DNA from: Candidatus Woesearchaeota archaeon
Lineage (GTDB): Archaea; Nanobdellota; Nanobdellia; Pacearchaeales; GW2011-AR1
Length of the DNA: 64,000 nt
Direction of reading: 5' to 3'
Assembly: GCA_964417865.1 (NCBI GenBank)
Contig: CAYQJI010000001.1
Location: 14,492-78,491, forward strand
This document shows positions 19,445 to 29,331 of the stretch, one piece after another. Both the position numbers and the translations under genes were made by a program. How positions within the stretch are numbered: the first letter of the stretch is position 1; the number at the start of each line of letters is the position of its first letter. The notes beneath the pieces were generated by a model. That model was not told the origin of the DNA and searched no databases. It saw nothing but the letters and a program-made list of their open reading frames with translations.

Positions 19445-20527
19445 TTGTTATTAATCTTAATAACTGCTAATTTTGTGAGTGCCCAAAATTCAACTTGTAT
19501 TTATTTTTTTTATGGAGATGGTTGCCAACATTGTGCTAAAGTTGAGTCATTTATAAACAACCTAGAATTATATTCCCAATCTTCTCTTGATATTCATAGA
19601 TTTGAAATTTATAACAATCGTTCAAATATGCTTTTATTGAATCAATATTTTGATGTTTATAATATATCTAATTCCGAAAGAGGAATACCTGCCGTTTTAA
19701 TTGGCGAAAGTTATCTTATAGGAGATAGCCCAATCTCGGAGAATCTTATTGAATTAATAGGACAGAATCATGGAGCAGAATGCCCTGATTTTCAAACAAC
19801 AAATGGGGAAGGCAAGACAGGAAATACTTCCCCCATGGAAAAATTAAATTCATTATCCATCTTAACCGTTGTGGGAGCAGCACTGGTAGATTCAATAAAT
19901 CCATGTGCTATTGCCGTTTTGTTAATTTTAATGAGTGCTTTGTTAGTTGCAGGAGATAAAAAGAAAGCAATTAAAGCAGGTTTTGCTTTTACTATTTCAA
20001 TCTATATCGCTTATTTTTTGTTTGGATTGGGATTATTTTCAGCGATTCAAGTTTCAGGTCTTTCTTATTGGTTCTATAAAATAATTGGAGTTTTGGCAAT
20101 AGTAATAGGATTAGCAAATATCAAAGATTTCTTTTGTTATGGTGGCGGAGGTTTTGTTATGGAAATCCCAAGAGGCTGGAGACCCAAATTAAAAGAAATG
20201 TTAGGGAAAGTTACAACCCCTTTAGGAGCGTTTTTAATGGGTTTTGTAGTTTGCTTATTTGAGTTGCCTTGCACAGGCGGACCTTATATTGTTATCTTGG
20301 GGTTATTAGCAGATAGAATGACTATGTGGGCTTCAATTCCTCTTTTGTTATTGTATAATTTAGTATTTGTATTGCCCTTAATTATAATTACTCTGTTAAT
20401 TTATTTTGGCTTTGCTAATGTAGAAAAAGCAACAAAATGGAAGGACAATAATTTAAGAATTTTACACTTAATTGCAGGAGTAGTTATGTTGGCTTTGGGA
20501 ATCTTGATTACTTTTGGATTTGTTTAG
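19445..20527 (+). CDS. Thioredoxin/glutaredoxin-like CxxC domain fused to a CcdA/DsbD-like membrane domain (transposon cargo)
   Basis: FYGDGCQHC, IPAV cis-Pro loop, DSINPCA and ELPCTGGPY; start uncertain (see findings). Confidence 0.82.
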   Translation: MLLILITANFVSAQNSTCIYFFYGDGCQHCAKVESFINNLELYSQSSLDIHRFEIYNNRSNMLLLNQYFDVYNISNSERGIPAVLIGESYLIGDSPISENLIELIGQNHGAECPDFQTTNGEGKTGNTSPMEKLNSLSILTVVGAALVDSINPCAIAVLLILMSALLVAGDKKKAIKAGFAFTISIYIAYFLFGLGLFSAIQVSGLSYWFYKIIGVLAIVIGLANIKDFFCYGGGGFVMEIPRGWRPKLKEMLGKVTTPLGAFLMGFVVCLFELPCTGGPYIVILGLLADRMTMWASIPLLLLYNLVFVLPLIIITLLIYFGFANVEKATKWKDNNLRILHLIAGVVMLALGILITFGFV

Positions 20528-20531
20528 TAAT

Positions 20532-21386
20532 TTATGCACTTGCTAATTTAATTAAACCAAGCCACCTATTTTCTCCCAAGTTTAAATCTTGCCCTGCTAA
20601 TTCACAAGGAACACTATTTGTTGAACAATGTTTCTCTATAAAATTATGTTGAATTGTTAATCCAACCATGATGATTGGAGCAGACCAGAGAGCTTTTAAT
20701 CCTCTAAAATCATGCACTCTATCCTTAATTTTCATAAACACCGTTTCAATTTTATAGTTATGTACCTTTGTTCTTCGTACATTTTGTATTTTATGTTCCA
20801 CTACTAAACCTCCAAGCTTATTAGAATAGAATAGTTTTTTAAAAGCACGAGGGTAAAATTGTGCAGAATCTGTTTGTATAAACTTTGGCTTCCCCTTACC
20901 TACTGCTTTATTTATAAAAATTTTGGCTTCTTGGATTGTTGTTTGAGTAGAATAATGCACTCCTGTAATTAATCTAGTATTCCAGTCTACACAAGCCCAG
21001 AAATTATCTTTATGCCCCAATCTATTAATTTCGGTTTCATCTGCATAGAAAGAATCTCCAAGGTTATATCCTAATTTTTCTACAAAATTATGTACTTTCA
21101 AACTATATTTTCGCACCCAATCTAAAATAGAATTATGAGATACTTTGGTTTTGAAATGTCTATTTAATTGATTTCTCATTTTTCTACTTGAAAGATTAGA
21201 TAAATACATATCTATAGATAAGGTAATTGTCTCAGATGAGAATCGCATTCTATAAAACCCTTCATCATTTGTAAAAAATTTGTGACAAGATTTACAATAA
21301 TATTTTTGTATTTTCCCTCGGTGTTCTGTTTTTCTAAATCCTTTCTTTAGAAAACTTGTACTTGAACAATGTTTGCACTTTATCAT
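20532..21386 (-). CDS. IS6-like DDE transposase with N-terminal zinc ribbon
   Basis: CKHC...YYCKSC; FYADET, IQTDSA and NYKIET give the D-D-E triad; start placed at MIKC from promoter spacing. Confidence 0.85.
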   Translation of the reverse strand: MIKCKHCSSTSFLKKGFRKTEHRGKIQKYYCKSCHKFFTNDEGFYRMRFSSETITLSIDMYLSNLSSRKMRNQLNRHFKTKVSHNSILDWVRKYSLKVHNFVEKLGYNLGDSFYADETEINRLGHKDNFWACVDWNTRLITGVHYSTQTTIQEAKIFINKAVGKGKPKFIQTDSAQFYPRAFKKLFYSNKLGGLVVEHKIQNVRRTKVHNYKIETVFMKIKDRVHDFRGLKALWSAPIIMVGLTIQHNFIEKHCSTNSVPCELAGQDLNLGENRWLGLIKLASA

Positions 21387-21392
21387 ACCTAT

Positions 21393-21438
21393 ATTCAGGT
21401 ACATGAAGTATATAAACCTTTCGGTACATGAAAGAATT
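21393..21438 (-). promoter_or_regulatory. Transposase promoter/operator (copy 1 of a duplicated unit)
   Basis: ATTCAGGTACATGAAGTATATAAA...GTACATGAAAGAA; minus-strand TTTATATA at 21409-21416. Confidence 0.65.
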
Positions 21439-21595
21439 ATGCTTCTTCTAAAATTATTTTTCCTTTTTCAACTCTTGCTTTTAACTCTTTACCAAGGAGT
21501 TTTGAATCCTTAACTACCTCTTTTGGTAAAGTGGTGATATATCTTGTGTATTCTGTACTCCCCACTTTTTTATCTAAAACCTCTCGTATCTTCAT
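21437..21595 (-). CDS. Small AbrB/MazE/SpoVT-like DNA-binding protein (52 aa)
   Basis: Not in the ORF track. MKIREVLDKKVGSTEYTRYITTLPKEVVKDSKLLGKELKARVEKGKIILEEA; TLPKE and GKIILE match the swapped-hairpin pattern. Confidence 0.7.
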   Translation of the reverse strand: MKIREVLDKKVGSTEYTRYITTLPKEVVKDSKLLGKELKARVEKGKIILEEA

Positions 21596-21601
21596 GATTT
21601 A

Positions 21602-21646
21602 ATTCAGGAACATGAAGTATATAAAGTTGTCTGTACCTGAAAGAAA
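21602..21646 (-). promoter_or_regulatory. Promoter/operator of the AbrB-like gene (copy 2)
   Basis: ATTCAGGAACATGAAGTATATAAA...GTACCTGAAAGAA; same TATA-to-ATG spacing as copy 1. Confidence 0.65.
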
Positions 21647-21706
21647 TTTATCTAAATTAGGTGTCGCTAACTTAACAGCTCATTTATTGCAAATCCTTAA
21701 AAACCT

Positions 21707-22675
21707 ATGTTTATTTTTTTAATAATGCCTATGACAAATTATGAGAGAATTGTTGAAAAAATATCTAAACTTTCTAATACTGAAAAAACAGAAGTTGAAA
21801 GATTAATTGAAGCTAAAAGAGCAAGACTTTCAGGATTAATAAGCAAAGAGGGTGCTGCTCAAATAGTTGCTGCAGAATTAGGAATAAATTTTGATAATCA
21901 AAAATTAAAGATTGAGGAATTACTTCCTGGGATGAAAAAAGTAAATGTTGTTGGAAAAATAATAAACTTATACCCAATAAGGACATTTAAGACAAAAAAA
22001 GGGGATGAAGGAAAAGTTGCAAATCTTGTGATCGCAGATGAGACTTCTAATATTAAAACAGTATTATGGGATACTAAAGATATTTCATTAATAGAATCAG
22101 GAGAATTAACAGAAGGAAAAACTATTGAGATTATAAATGGGAGCATGAGAGATAATGAGATCCATTTAAGCAGTTTTTCAGAAATTAAACTTTTAGAAAT
22201 TGATATTGAAAATGTTAAAACAGAAAAAAATTTTAAAATTGAAAAAATTGAAAATATAAAGAAAGGCGAAAGTATTAAAATAAGAGCTTTTATTACTCAG
22301 TCTTTTGATGTTAAATTCTTTTATATTTGTCCTAATTGTGGGAAAAAAGTTGTTAAAGAAGGAAATTCTTTTATGTGCAATGAACATGGTAATGTCCCTG
22401 TTGAAAGAAGAGCTTTAATAAGTTTGGTTTTAGATGATGGAACAGGAACAATAAGAGCAGTGGCATTTCAAGAAAATCTCGAAAAATTAGGATTAAACAT
22501 AGAAAATGAATCTAACTTGATAAATCAAAGACAAGAATTATTAGGAAAAGAGTTTATCTTTTCTGGTTCAATAAAAGAGAACAAATTGTTTAATAATCTT
22601 GAAATGAATATAGAAAACATAGAAGAAGTTAATCTTGATAACTTGATATCAGAGTTAGAAAAAAATGAAAACTAA
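21707..22675 (+). CDS. rpa: Replication protein A (OB folds plus Zn finger)
   Basis: GLISKEGAAQIVA, GKVANLVIADETS, CPNC...CNEH, LDDGTGTIR. Confidence 0.85.
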   Translation: MFIFLIMPMTNYERIVEKISKLSNTEKTEVERLIEAKRARLSGLISKEGAAQIVAAELGINFDNQKLKIEELLPGMKKVNVVGKIINLYPIRTFKTKKGDEGKVANLVIADETSNIKTVLWDTKDISLIESGELTEGKTIEIINGSMRDNEIHLSSFSEIKLLEIDIENVKTEKNFKIEKIENIKKGESIKIRAFITQSFDVKFFYICPNCGKKVVKEGNSFMCNEHGNVPVERRALISLVLDDGTGTIRAVAFQENLEKLGLNIENESNLINQRQELLGKEFIFSGSIKENKLFNNLEMNIENIEEVNLDNLISELEKNEN

Positions 22676-22702
22676 TTTATAGATCTGTTTTTTTGTTTAT
22701 GG

Positions 22703-23164
22703 ATGTTATTAAAAACTCATATTGTATTTAATTTGTTTTTATTTATACTCTTTTATAACTTTAATACTTCTTTTCTTAGTTTTTTGTCTTTTACCTTTTT
22801 TCTTTTAGGAACTTTTATCCCTGATGTTGATTCAAGGCTATCTAAAATTGGAAAAAAGAAAGTTTTTAGGATTTTGCAATTTTTTGTAAAACATAGAGGT
22901 TTTATGCATAGTTTGTTCTTTATTGTACTTTCATTTTTTATTCTTTCTTTTTTACCTCTTTCTTTAAGAATTTATCTCTGTTTTGGATTATTTTTACACT
23001 TATTTTTAGATTCTTTAACAATTAATGGTGTTTATCCTTTTTATCCTATAAAATTCAAGATTAAGGGGTTTATAAAAACAGGAAAAATTTTTGAAAAAAT
23101 AATTTTTATTAGTTTTATCTTTTTAGATCTTTCTTTATTTTTGTTTAAATTAGTTGTTTTTTAA
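22703..23164 (+). CDS. Metal-dependent membrane hydrolase (YdjM-like)
   Basis: KTH, PDVD, HRGFMHS, HLFLD motifs. Confidence 0.8.
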   Translation: MLLKTHIVFNLFLFILFYNFNTSFLSFLSFTFFLLGTFIPDVDSRLSKIGKKKVFRILQFFVKHRGFMHSLFFIVLSFFILSFLPLSLRIYLCFGLFLHLFLDSLTINGVYPFYPIKFKIKGFIKTGKIFEKIIFISFIFLDLSLFLFKLVVF

Positions 23165-23217
23165 GATATATCTAAAAAAGGAATAATCTTTATAAATGAA
23201 TATTAATTACATTTTTT

Positions 23218-24246
23218 ATGAGTCCTAAAAAAGTTTCAGATGAAGAAGATGAAGATGATTTAGAAAATCTTAAATCAACTTATGATCCTAAAAGTGGAAA
23301 AGAGCCACAATTAACAGACCTTCCTGGAATTGGGCCCGCTGTTGCTGCAAAATTAGAAGCAGCAGGAATTTATGACTTAATGTCTTTAGCAGTTATGGGC
23401 CCTAGTGAATTAGCAGAAATAGCAGGTGTTGGACCAGGTGTTGCTAGAAAAGCTATTCAAGCTTCAAGAAAACTTCTTAATCTTGGTTTTGTTGATGGGA
23501 TAGAATTTGCAGAAAAGAGGGCTAATATTTGTTATATTACAACAGGAAGTAAAGAACTTGATGCTCTCTTAGGGGGGAAAGGGGTTCAAGGTAGAGCAGT
23601 TACAGAAGCATTTGGAGCTTTTGGCAGTGGAAAAACTCAACTTGGATCTATGCTCGCTGTAAATGTTCAATTGCCTATAGAAAAAGGCGGAGCTAATGGT
23701 AAATGTGTATTTATTGATACAGAAGGAACTTTTAGGCCTGCAAGAATAAGGCAGATTGCAGAAGGGATCGGTGCTGACCCTGAAAAAGTTTTAAAAAATA
23801 TATTTGTTGCAAGAGCCTTTAATTCTGACCATCAAATTTTACTCTTAGATAAAGTTACAGAAATGATTAAGAATGGAGAACCTATAAAACTTGTTATTAT
23901 AGATTCTTTAACAGCTCATTTTAGAGCAGAATTTTCAGGAAGAGGTCAATTAGCAGATAGACAACAAAAACTTAATAGATATTTGCACAATCTAATGAAA
24001 TTAGCAGAACAACATAATCTTGCAGTATATGTTACAAATCAGGTAATGTCTAATCCTGCGCAAATGTTTGGAGATCCAACAGTTGCTATTGGTGGAAACA
24101 TTGTTGGGCATGCTTCAACTTACAGAATTTATTTAAGAAGAGGTAAAAAGGATTCAAGAGTTGCAAAATTGATTGATAGTCCTGATCTTCCTGATACAGA
24201 AGCTGTGTTCTTTGTTACAGAGAAAGGAATTGTAGACGAAGCATAA
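23218..24246 (+). CDS. radA: DNA repair and recombination protein RadA
   Basis: HhH N-terminus, [34 protein letters not shown]. Confidence 0.97.
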   Translation: MSPKKVSDEEDEDDLENLKSTYDPKSGKEPQLTDLPGIGPAVAAKLEAAGIYDLMSLAVMGPSELAEIAGVGPGVARKAIQASRKLLNLGFVDGIEFAEKRANICYITTGSKELDALLGGKGVQGRAVTEAFGAFGSGKTQLGSMLAVNVQLPIEKGGANGKCVFIDTEGTFRPARIRQIAEGIGADPEKVLKNIFVARAFNSDHQILLLDKVTEMIKNGEPIKLVIIDSLTAHFRAEFSGRGQLADRQQKLNRYLHNLMKLAEQHNLAVYVTNQVMSNPAQMFGDPTVAIGGNIVGHASTYRIYLRRGKKDSRVAKLIDSPDLPDTEAVFFVTEKGIVDEA

Positions 24247-24254
24247 AATTAATT

Positions 24255-24704
24255 TTATTCAACAATTTCATTTTTATCAAACCATAATTCTATTTCTCTT
24301 TTTGCATTTTCTGGAGAATCAGAAGCATGAACAACTGTTTCATGGCAATTTGTTTTTGTATTAATTTTCCCATATTTTCCTCTGATTGTCCAAGGTTCAC
24401 ATTCGTCTGGGTTTGTTTTTCCTATAGCTTCTCTTACTTTTTTAACTGCATCTTCTCCCTCATACACAATTGCTATAACTTTCTCATGATTGTGCAATTC
24501 TCCTGTAAGATGCTTTATTAAATCTTCATAAAAAGGTTTTCCTTTATGTTCAGCATAATGCATTTCTGCCAACTCTCTTTTAACATTAGACAATTTTAAA
24601 GCAATCATCTTTAAATTTAAAGCATACAAATCTGTTATAATATTCCCTGCAAGACGTTTTGCCATTGCATCTGGTTTTATTAAAACTAAAGTTCTTTCTT
24701 CCAT
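24255..24704 (-). CDS. ndk: Nucleoside diphosphate kinase
   Basis: ERTLVLIKPD, HYAEHKGKPF, TIRG, VHASDS. Confidence 0.96.
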   Translation of the reverse strand: MEERTLVLIKPDAMAKRLAGNIITDLYALNLKMIALKLSNVKRELAEMHYAEHKGKPFYEDLIKHLTGELHNHEKVIAIVYEGEDAVKKVREAIGKTNPDECEPWTIRGKYGKINTKTNCHETVVHASDSPENAKREIELWFDKNEIVE

Positions 24705-24795
24705 ATCTCCTAATAAAAAAGGAGGTTTAAAAAGATTTTTATTCTATCTGTAATCCTCTAACAAACTTTATTAATTCAGGATATTCTTTTAATCT

Positions 24796-26022
24796 ATGTT
24801 AATTGATTTTAATAAAGTTACAATTGCGGATTTACATATTCATTCTAAATTTTCAAGAGCATGCAGTTCTAATATAACTTTAGAAAATCTTGCTAAATGG
24901 GCTAAGATTAAAGGGCTTAATCTGTTAGGAACAGGAGATTTTACTCATCCTGTTTGGATTAAAGAGATTAAAGATAAACTTAAAGAAAAAAATGGGTTGT
25001 ATTATTATGAAGATTTTCCTTTTGTGATAACAGGGGAAGTTTGTTTAACTTATACTCAAATTAAAGGAAGAAGAGTTCATCTTGTTATTCTTGTTCCTAA
25101 TTTAGAAATTGCAGAAAAAATAAATTCTTATTTGGATACAAAAGGAAGAAGAGATTATGATGGAAGGCCAATATTTAAAATAAGTTGTGAAGAATTTTCA
25201 AGAGAACTAAGAAAAATTTCTGAGGAAATAGAGATAATACCTGCACATATTTGGACACCTTGGTTTGGTATTTTTGGGAGTGAAAGCGGTTTTGATTCTT
25301 TAAAAGAAGCGTTTGGAAATGAGTTTGAAAATATACATGCTATTGAAACAGGAATGTCTTCTGACCCTGAAATGAATTGGAGAATAAAAGAATTAGAAAG
25401 CAAATCAATTGTTAGTTTTTCAGATGCGCATAGTTTTTGGCCATTTAGATTAGGAAGAGAAGCGACTATATTCAATAAAATTAATTCTTACCAAGATTTA
25501 ATCAGACAAATTAAGGAAAATTCTTTTGTTTCTACAATTGAAACAGATCCTGCTTATGGAAAATATCATTGGGATGGGCATAGATTATGTCGTTTTTCTT
25601 GTTCTCCAGAAGAATCTAAAAAATTGAATAATATCTGCCCAATCTGTAAAAAACCTCTAATAATTGGTGTTGAGAATCGAGTAGAAACCCTTGCAAGTTT
25701 TCCAAAAGGATTTAAATCTAAAAATTCTAAACCTTTTTTTAAACTTTTACCTTTGCACGAGATAATATCTCTTGAATCTGGAAGCACATTAGAAAGCAAG
25801 AAAACTTGGCAAACCTATAATGATTTAATTTCTTTTTTTAATAATGAATTTAATATTTTATTTAATATTTCAAAAGAAGATTTTTTAAATAAAAAAGTTA
25901 GCAATAAACTTATTTTATTAATATTAAAAAATAGGGAAGGAAAAATAAAAGTTAAACCAGGTTATGACGGAGAATATGGTGTTGCATTAGTTGAGGAAAA
26001 ACAATCTTTATTATCTTTTTAA
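24796..26022 (+). CDS. Endonuclease Q family (PHP domain plus Zn finger)
   Basis: ADLHIHSKFSRA, GTGDFTHP, PAHIWTPW, SFSDAHS, GKYHWDGH...CPIC, PGYDGEYG. Confidence 0.88.
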   Translation: MLIDFNKVTIADLHIHSKFSRACSSNITLENLAKWAKIKGLNLLGTGDFTHPVWIKEIKDKLKEKNGLYYYEDFPFVITGEVCLTYTQIKGRRVHLVILVPNLEIAEKINSYLDTKGRRDYDGRPIFKISCEEFSRELRKISEEIEIIPAHIWTPWFGIFGSESGFDSLKEAFGNEFENIHAIETGMSSDPEMNWRIKELESKSIVSFSDAHSFWPFRLGREATIFNKINSYQDLIRQIKENSFVSTIETDPAYGKYHWDGHRLCRFSCSPEESKKLNNICPICKKPLIIGVENRVETLASFPKGFKSKNSKPFFKLLPLHEIISLESGSTLESKKTWQTYNDLISFFNNEFNILFNISKEDFLNKKVSNKLILLILKNREGKIKVKPGYDGEYGVALVEEKQSLLSF

Positions 26023-26035
26023 AATATTATTAAAA

Positions 26036-26737
26036 CTATTTGACTGAAAATTCTAATCCTTCTTTTTTTGCACTTTTTTCAATCTCTTCTATATAATTAT
26101 TTAATTTTTTTTCAGCTTCTTTCGGATTTTCAGCTTCTAGATTTAAACTATACCTACCTGCTGCAATATACTTTATCTCTATATCCTTAAAAGACAAAAT
26201 TTTTTTTATTAATTCTACTCCATTAGGCTTATTACTAAACAAAACAATCTCTTTTTTTATAATCTTTTTTTTCTTTTTATTATTTTTAATAATTTGTAAT
26301 ATTTTAGATAATTCTTCTTCTGTAAAATATTCTTTTCCTTTTTCTTCATTGTTTTTTATTTCTTCAATAAAATCTAATATTCCTTCTTCTTTGTTTATTC
26401 TTTCAAAAAAATTTTGAAATTTTTCTCCTAAAACCGCCTTTATGATATTAAAATAACTTTTTTTTAATTCTTCTTTTTCAAAAATTTCCTTTTTTTCTTT
26501 TTGAGTTACTCTTCTAAGAGACAACTCAATTGTTCCTGAATCTGAAATTCTTAAAACTTTGCAGACAACCTTTTTTTTAGGGACAACATATTCTCTTAAA
26601 TTTCTTATTCTTCCTGGTGCTACTTCACTTAAGATTATACTTCCTTCTGTTTTATCATCTAATTTTACAAATACAACTGTTCCCACAATTCTATCAACTA
26701 TTCCTATCACTAAATCTCCTGGTTCTAAATTTTCCAT
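26036..26737 (-). CDS. eif2a: Translation initiation factor 2 alpha subunit
   Basis: S1 domain with SEVAPGRIRNLRE...VCKVLRI...IELSLRRV. Confidence 0.88.
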   Translation of the reverse strand: MENLEPGDLVIGIVDRIVGTVVFVKLDDKTEGSIILSEVAPGRIRNLREYVVPKKKVVCKVLRISDSGTIELSLRRVTQKEKKEIFEKEELKKSYFNIIKAVLGEKFQNFFERINKEEGILDFIEEIKNNEEKGKEYFTEEELSKILQIIKNNKKKKKIIKKEIVLFSNKPNGVELIKKILSFKDIEIKYIAAGRYSLNLEAENPKEAEKKLNNYIEEIEKSAKKEGLEFSVK

Positions 26738-26768
26738 TAAACACTAAAAGAAATTCATATTTTAAAGT

Positions 26769-28106
26769 TTACTTATTTAATTTTATAGTCTCTACTTCTA
26801 AATTTTCTTTTAATAGTCCTATAAATTCTTTTTCATTCTCTTTTTTTATTGTCCCCCCTGCTGCTGATTCATGGCCTCCTGATTCTCCACCAATTTTTTT
26901 TATTACCTCTGATAACAAGACTCTTAAGTTCTTTTTGCTTTTTCCAGTACATCTTGAAGAAATTTTTATCTTATCTTCATAATAAGCCATTGTGGTTATT
27001 ATTGTTCCCTCTTCATATATCTCTGAATTAGATAAAATACTCGCTACTGTTCCGATTATTGTATCTTTTATTTTTTCTTTTGCATTTATTATAACAAAAC
27101 CTTCGCCTTGAACTTTTTCTGTTTCAGATATATAATTTAATGCTGAAACAATATGTTGTCTATATTTTGCATGAATTAATTCTGCTTTCTTTTTTGCATT
27201 AGGTATTTCCATACAAAATTGTATTGCGGTATCAACTTCTTCTAATCTTGAACAGGCATTTATCATTGCACTTATCTCTCTTGCATCTTCTAATTTATTA
27301 TAAAATTTAATTAAAAAAATGTCTCCTAAAATTTCTTTATTTTTAAATCTTGGATTCCTTAACATTATTGAAGTTACTAATCTGGACATTTCTTCGTCAC
27401 TTAAATCTATTAACCCTTTATATTTCCCATTTATAGGAGAGATTCTTGATTCTCTTAATAATTCTTTTACGCCTTCACTATTCCCTGTAACTCCTGGAAT
27501 AAAAGGATTTGAAGAATATTCTAAGGCAATATTTATAGGTCGTGTAGAAGGATAAATTAAGATTCCTCTTTTTCTTTTTATTTCTCCATCATTTAAAATG
27601 GAATGATTCAATTTATCAATCCTTTTTTCCATAGAATCCCCAATCATACCTAAAATAGCAAGTTTTGCAAATTCTTTACTATCTTTTATTAAATTTTTAC
27701 AAAATAGATAAGTTAAGCTTGAACTACTCAATTCTTCATCTGAAGAAAGATGAGGATTTATTATATGAAAACTTTCTGATTCTTCCATTTTTGGGATTTC
27801 ATGATGGTCGATAATAAAAATTTCTTGATTTCTTTTTGCAAATTCTTCTAAAAAACTAGAGCCTAAATCTAAAATTAATAGAACTTTGTCTTTTGGAAAA
27901 TTTAAAACATCTTCTTTCTCAAGTCTTGGAAAAATCTTTAAAGAAAATCTTTTATCAAGTTGTTTTAAGGTTTTTATCATTATTACTGCTGAAGTAATTC
28001 CATCAGTATCAAAATGACTTATTACAAAAACCTCTTGATCTTTAATTTTTTCTAAAAATTCCTTGCTTATTTTTTCAATATTTTCTTCTAAATAGAAATT
28101 TGCCAT
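26769..28106 (-). CDS. RecJ/GAN-like DHH phosphoesterase
   Basis: SHFDTDG, DLGS, IDHH, GGH..AAG; adjacent to rps15. Confidence 0.88.
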   Translation of the reverse strand: MANFYLEENIEKISKEFLEKIKDQEVFVISHFDTDGITSAVIMIKTLKQLDKRFSLKIFPRLEKEDVLNFPKDKVLLILDLGSSFLEEFAKRNQEIFIIDHHEIPKMEESESFHIINPHLSSDEELSSSSLTYLFCKNLIKDSKEFAKLAILGMIGDSMEKRIDKLNHSILNDGEIKRKRGILIYPSTRPINIALEYSSNPFIPGVTGNSEGVKELLRESRISPINGKYKGLIDLSDEEMSRLVTSIMLRNPRFKNKEILGDIFLIKFYNKLEDAREISAMINACSRLEEVDTAIQFCMEIPNAKKKAELIHAKYRQHIVSALNYISETEKVQGEGFVIINAKEKIKDTIIGTVASILSNSEIYEEGTIITTMAYYEDKIKISSRCTGKSKKNLRVLLSEVIKKIGGESGGHESAAGGTIKKENEKEFIGLLKENLEVETIKLNK

Positions 28107-28134
28107 AATCCCAATAAAATTGATTAATGTAAAA

Positions 28135-28503
28135 CTAAGATAGATTCAAATGATTTTTCAATTTTCTTAATCTGGCTATCAAATGATCTTTTGCTCTTAA
28201 TGATTTTTTATCACCTTTATTTTTTTTACAATGAATTTCTAATTTTTCTAATTTTTCTTCTAAATTTTTTTTGTCAGGGTTTATATATTTATTTCCTAAA
28301 ATTTTTGATATTTTAAGATTAAATTCTTTACTATGATACCCTTCTTTTCTTAATTTTTCTCCTATTTTTTCTGCAGTTAATCCTTTTTCGGCCAATTCTA
28401 AAACTTTCTTTTTAAATTCTTCAGGAGTTTTTTTATTCTCTTTAACTTTTTTTTTTTTTGTTGTTTTTTCTTCCTTTTTTTCTTCTGCCATTTTATTAAA
28501 CAT
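28135..28503 (-). CDS. rps15: 30S ribosomal protein uS15 (S13e/S15p)
   Basis: VLELAEKGLTAEKIG..LR; H.KKNK.DKKS.R...ARLRKL. Confidence 0.8.
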   Translation of the reverse strand: MFNKMAEEKKEEKTTKKKKVKENKKTPEEFKKKVLELAEKGLTAEKIGEKLRKEGYHSKEFNLKISKILGNKYINPDKKNLEEKLEKLEIHCKKNKGDKKSLRAKDHLIARLRKLKNHLNLS

Positions 28504-28618
28504 TAATCTACTCTTTTAAATCTTACTATATTAATAAATCGCTTTAAAAAATATCAAAACTCTTATAAATTTAATATTTTTATAATCTTTGTAATAAATG
28601 TAAAATAAAAATAAATAT

Positions 28619-28691
28619 AGCCCTGTAGTACAGCGGTCAAGTATATAGCCCTTTGGAGGCTGTGACCCAGGTTCGAATCCTGGCAGGGCTA
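28619..28691 (+). tRNA. tRNA-Gln(TTG)
   Basis: AGCCCTG/CAGGGCT acceptor stem, anticodon loop CTTTGGA, GTTCGAATCC. Confidence 0.95.
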
Positions 28692-28703
28692 TTTATAACT
28701 AAA

Positions 28704-29330
28704 TCACCCACCTTTATACCTTCCACGCTTCTCTAAAATCTTAAGCCTTTGAAGAATTTTATCAAAGTCCTTACTTTCTTTTTTATAACCTTCAAGAAAC
28801 TCTTCAAAAAACATTTTATAATTAGAAGAATGTTTTGTTTCTAAAGCTTGTTTAAGCAAATGTAAATCAACTGCTTTGTCCTCTATTTTTTGACTTATAA
28901 AACCTAAACCAAAATCTATTATATAAGTCTTATTCTCTTTTCCGTTAAAAATAAAATTGCTTGTTGTTAAATCTCCATGAATTATATTAGTATTATGAAG
29001 TTTTGCAATTTGATTCCCTATCTCTCTCATAATCTCTTTTTGTTTTTTCATCTCAAAATTTTCTAAACTTTCAGAAATCTTTTTTCCATCTATGTAAGGA
29101 ATCATAATTTTGTAATCTTCATTATTCTCTATTGGAGTTGGGCTATTAATTATTTCAGAAGCTTTTTTTAGGATTTTCTTTTCTGCTTTAGTTCTTTGTT
29201 TCCTAATTTTATGGTCTATCTCTTCTATCCTATAACCCTTTTTTATTCTTTCCTTAATAATTAAATTTTTATCTTTGTCTAAAAAAATTTTTGCTTCTGC
29301 TCCTTGCTGTATTAACTCTTTTTTTGGCAT
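28704..29330 (-). CDS. bud32: KEOPS complex kinase/ATPase Bud32
   Basis: QGAEA, IIHGDLTTSN, IDFGL, EDKAVDL, RGRY. Confidence 0.93.
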   Translation of the reverse strand: MPKKELIQQGAEAKIFLDKDKNLIIKERIKKGYRIEEIDHKIRKQRTKAEKKILKKASEIINSPTPIENNEDYKIMIPYIDGKKISESLENFEMKKQKEIMREIGNQIAKLHNTNIIHGDLTTSNFIFNGKENKTYIIDFGLGFISQKIEDKAVDLHLLKQALETKHSSNYKMFFEEFLEGYKKESKDFDKILQRLKILEKRGRYKGG

Positions 29331-29331
29331 T

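Larger units (their letters stand above)
18695..21682. mobile_element. IS6-like DDE transposon with passenger genes (2988 bp)
   Basis: Perfect 15-bp TIR TGAGCTGTTAAGTTA at 18695 and inverted ending 21682; 8-bp TSD TTTATTGC at 18687-18694 and 21683-21690; encodes a DDE transposase. Confidence 0.88.

Noticed and set aside
21387..21404. Transposase start at 21404 (MYLNIG)
   Set aside because: That ATG lies inside the operator repeat, only a few nt from the TATA box; 21386 matches the spacing of the duplicated promoter.
21437..21595. Toxin-antitoxin pair with the AbrB-like gene as antitoxin
   Set aside because: No adjacent toxin ORF; the downstream gene is the transposase.
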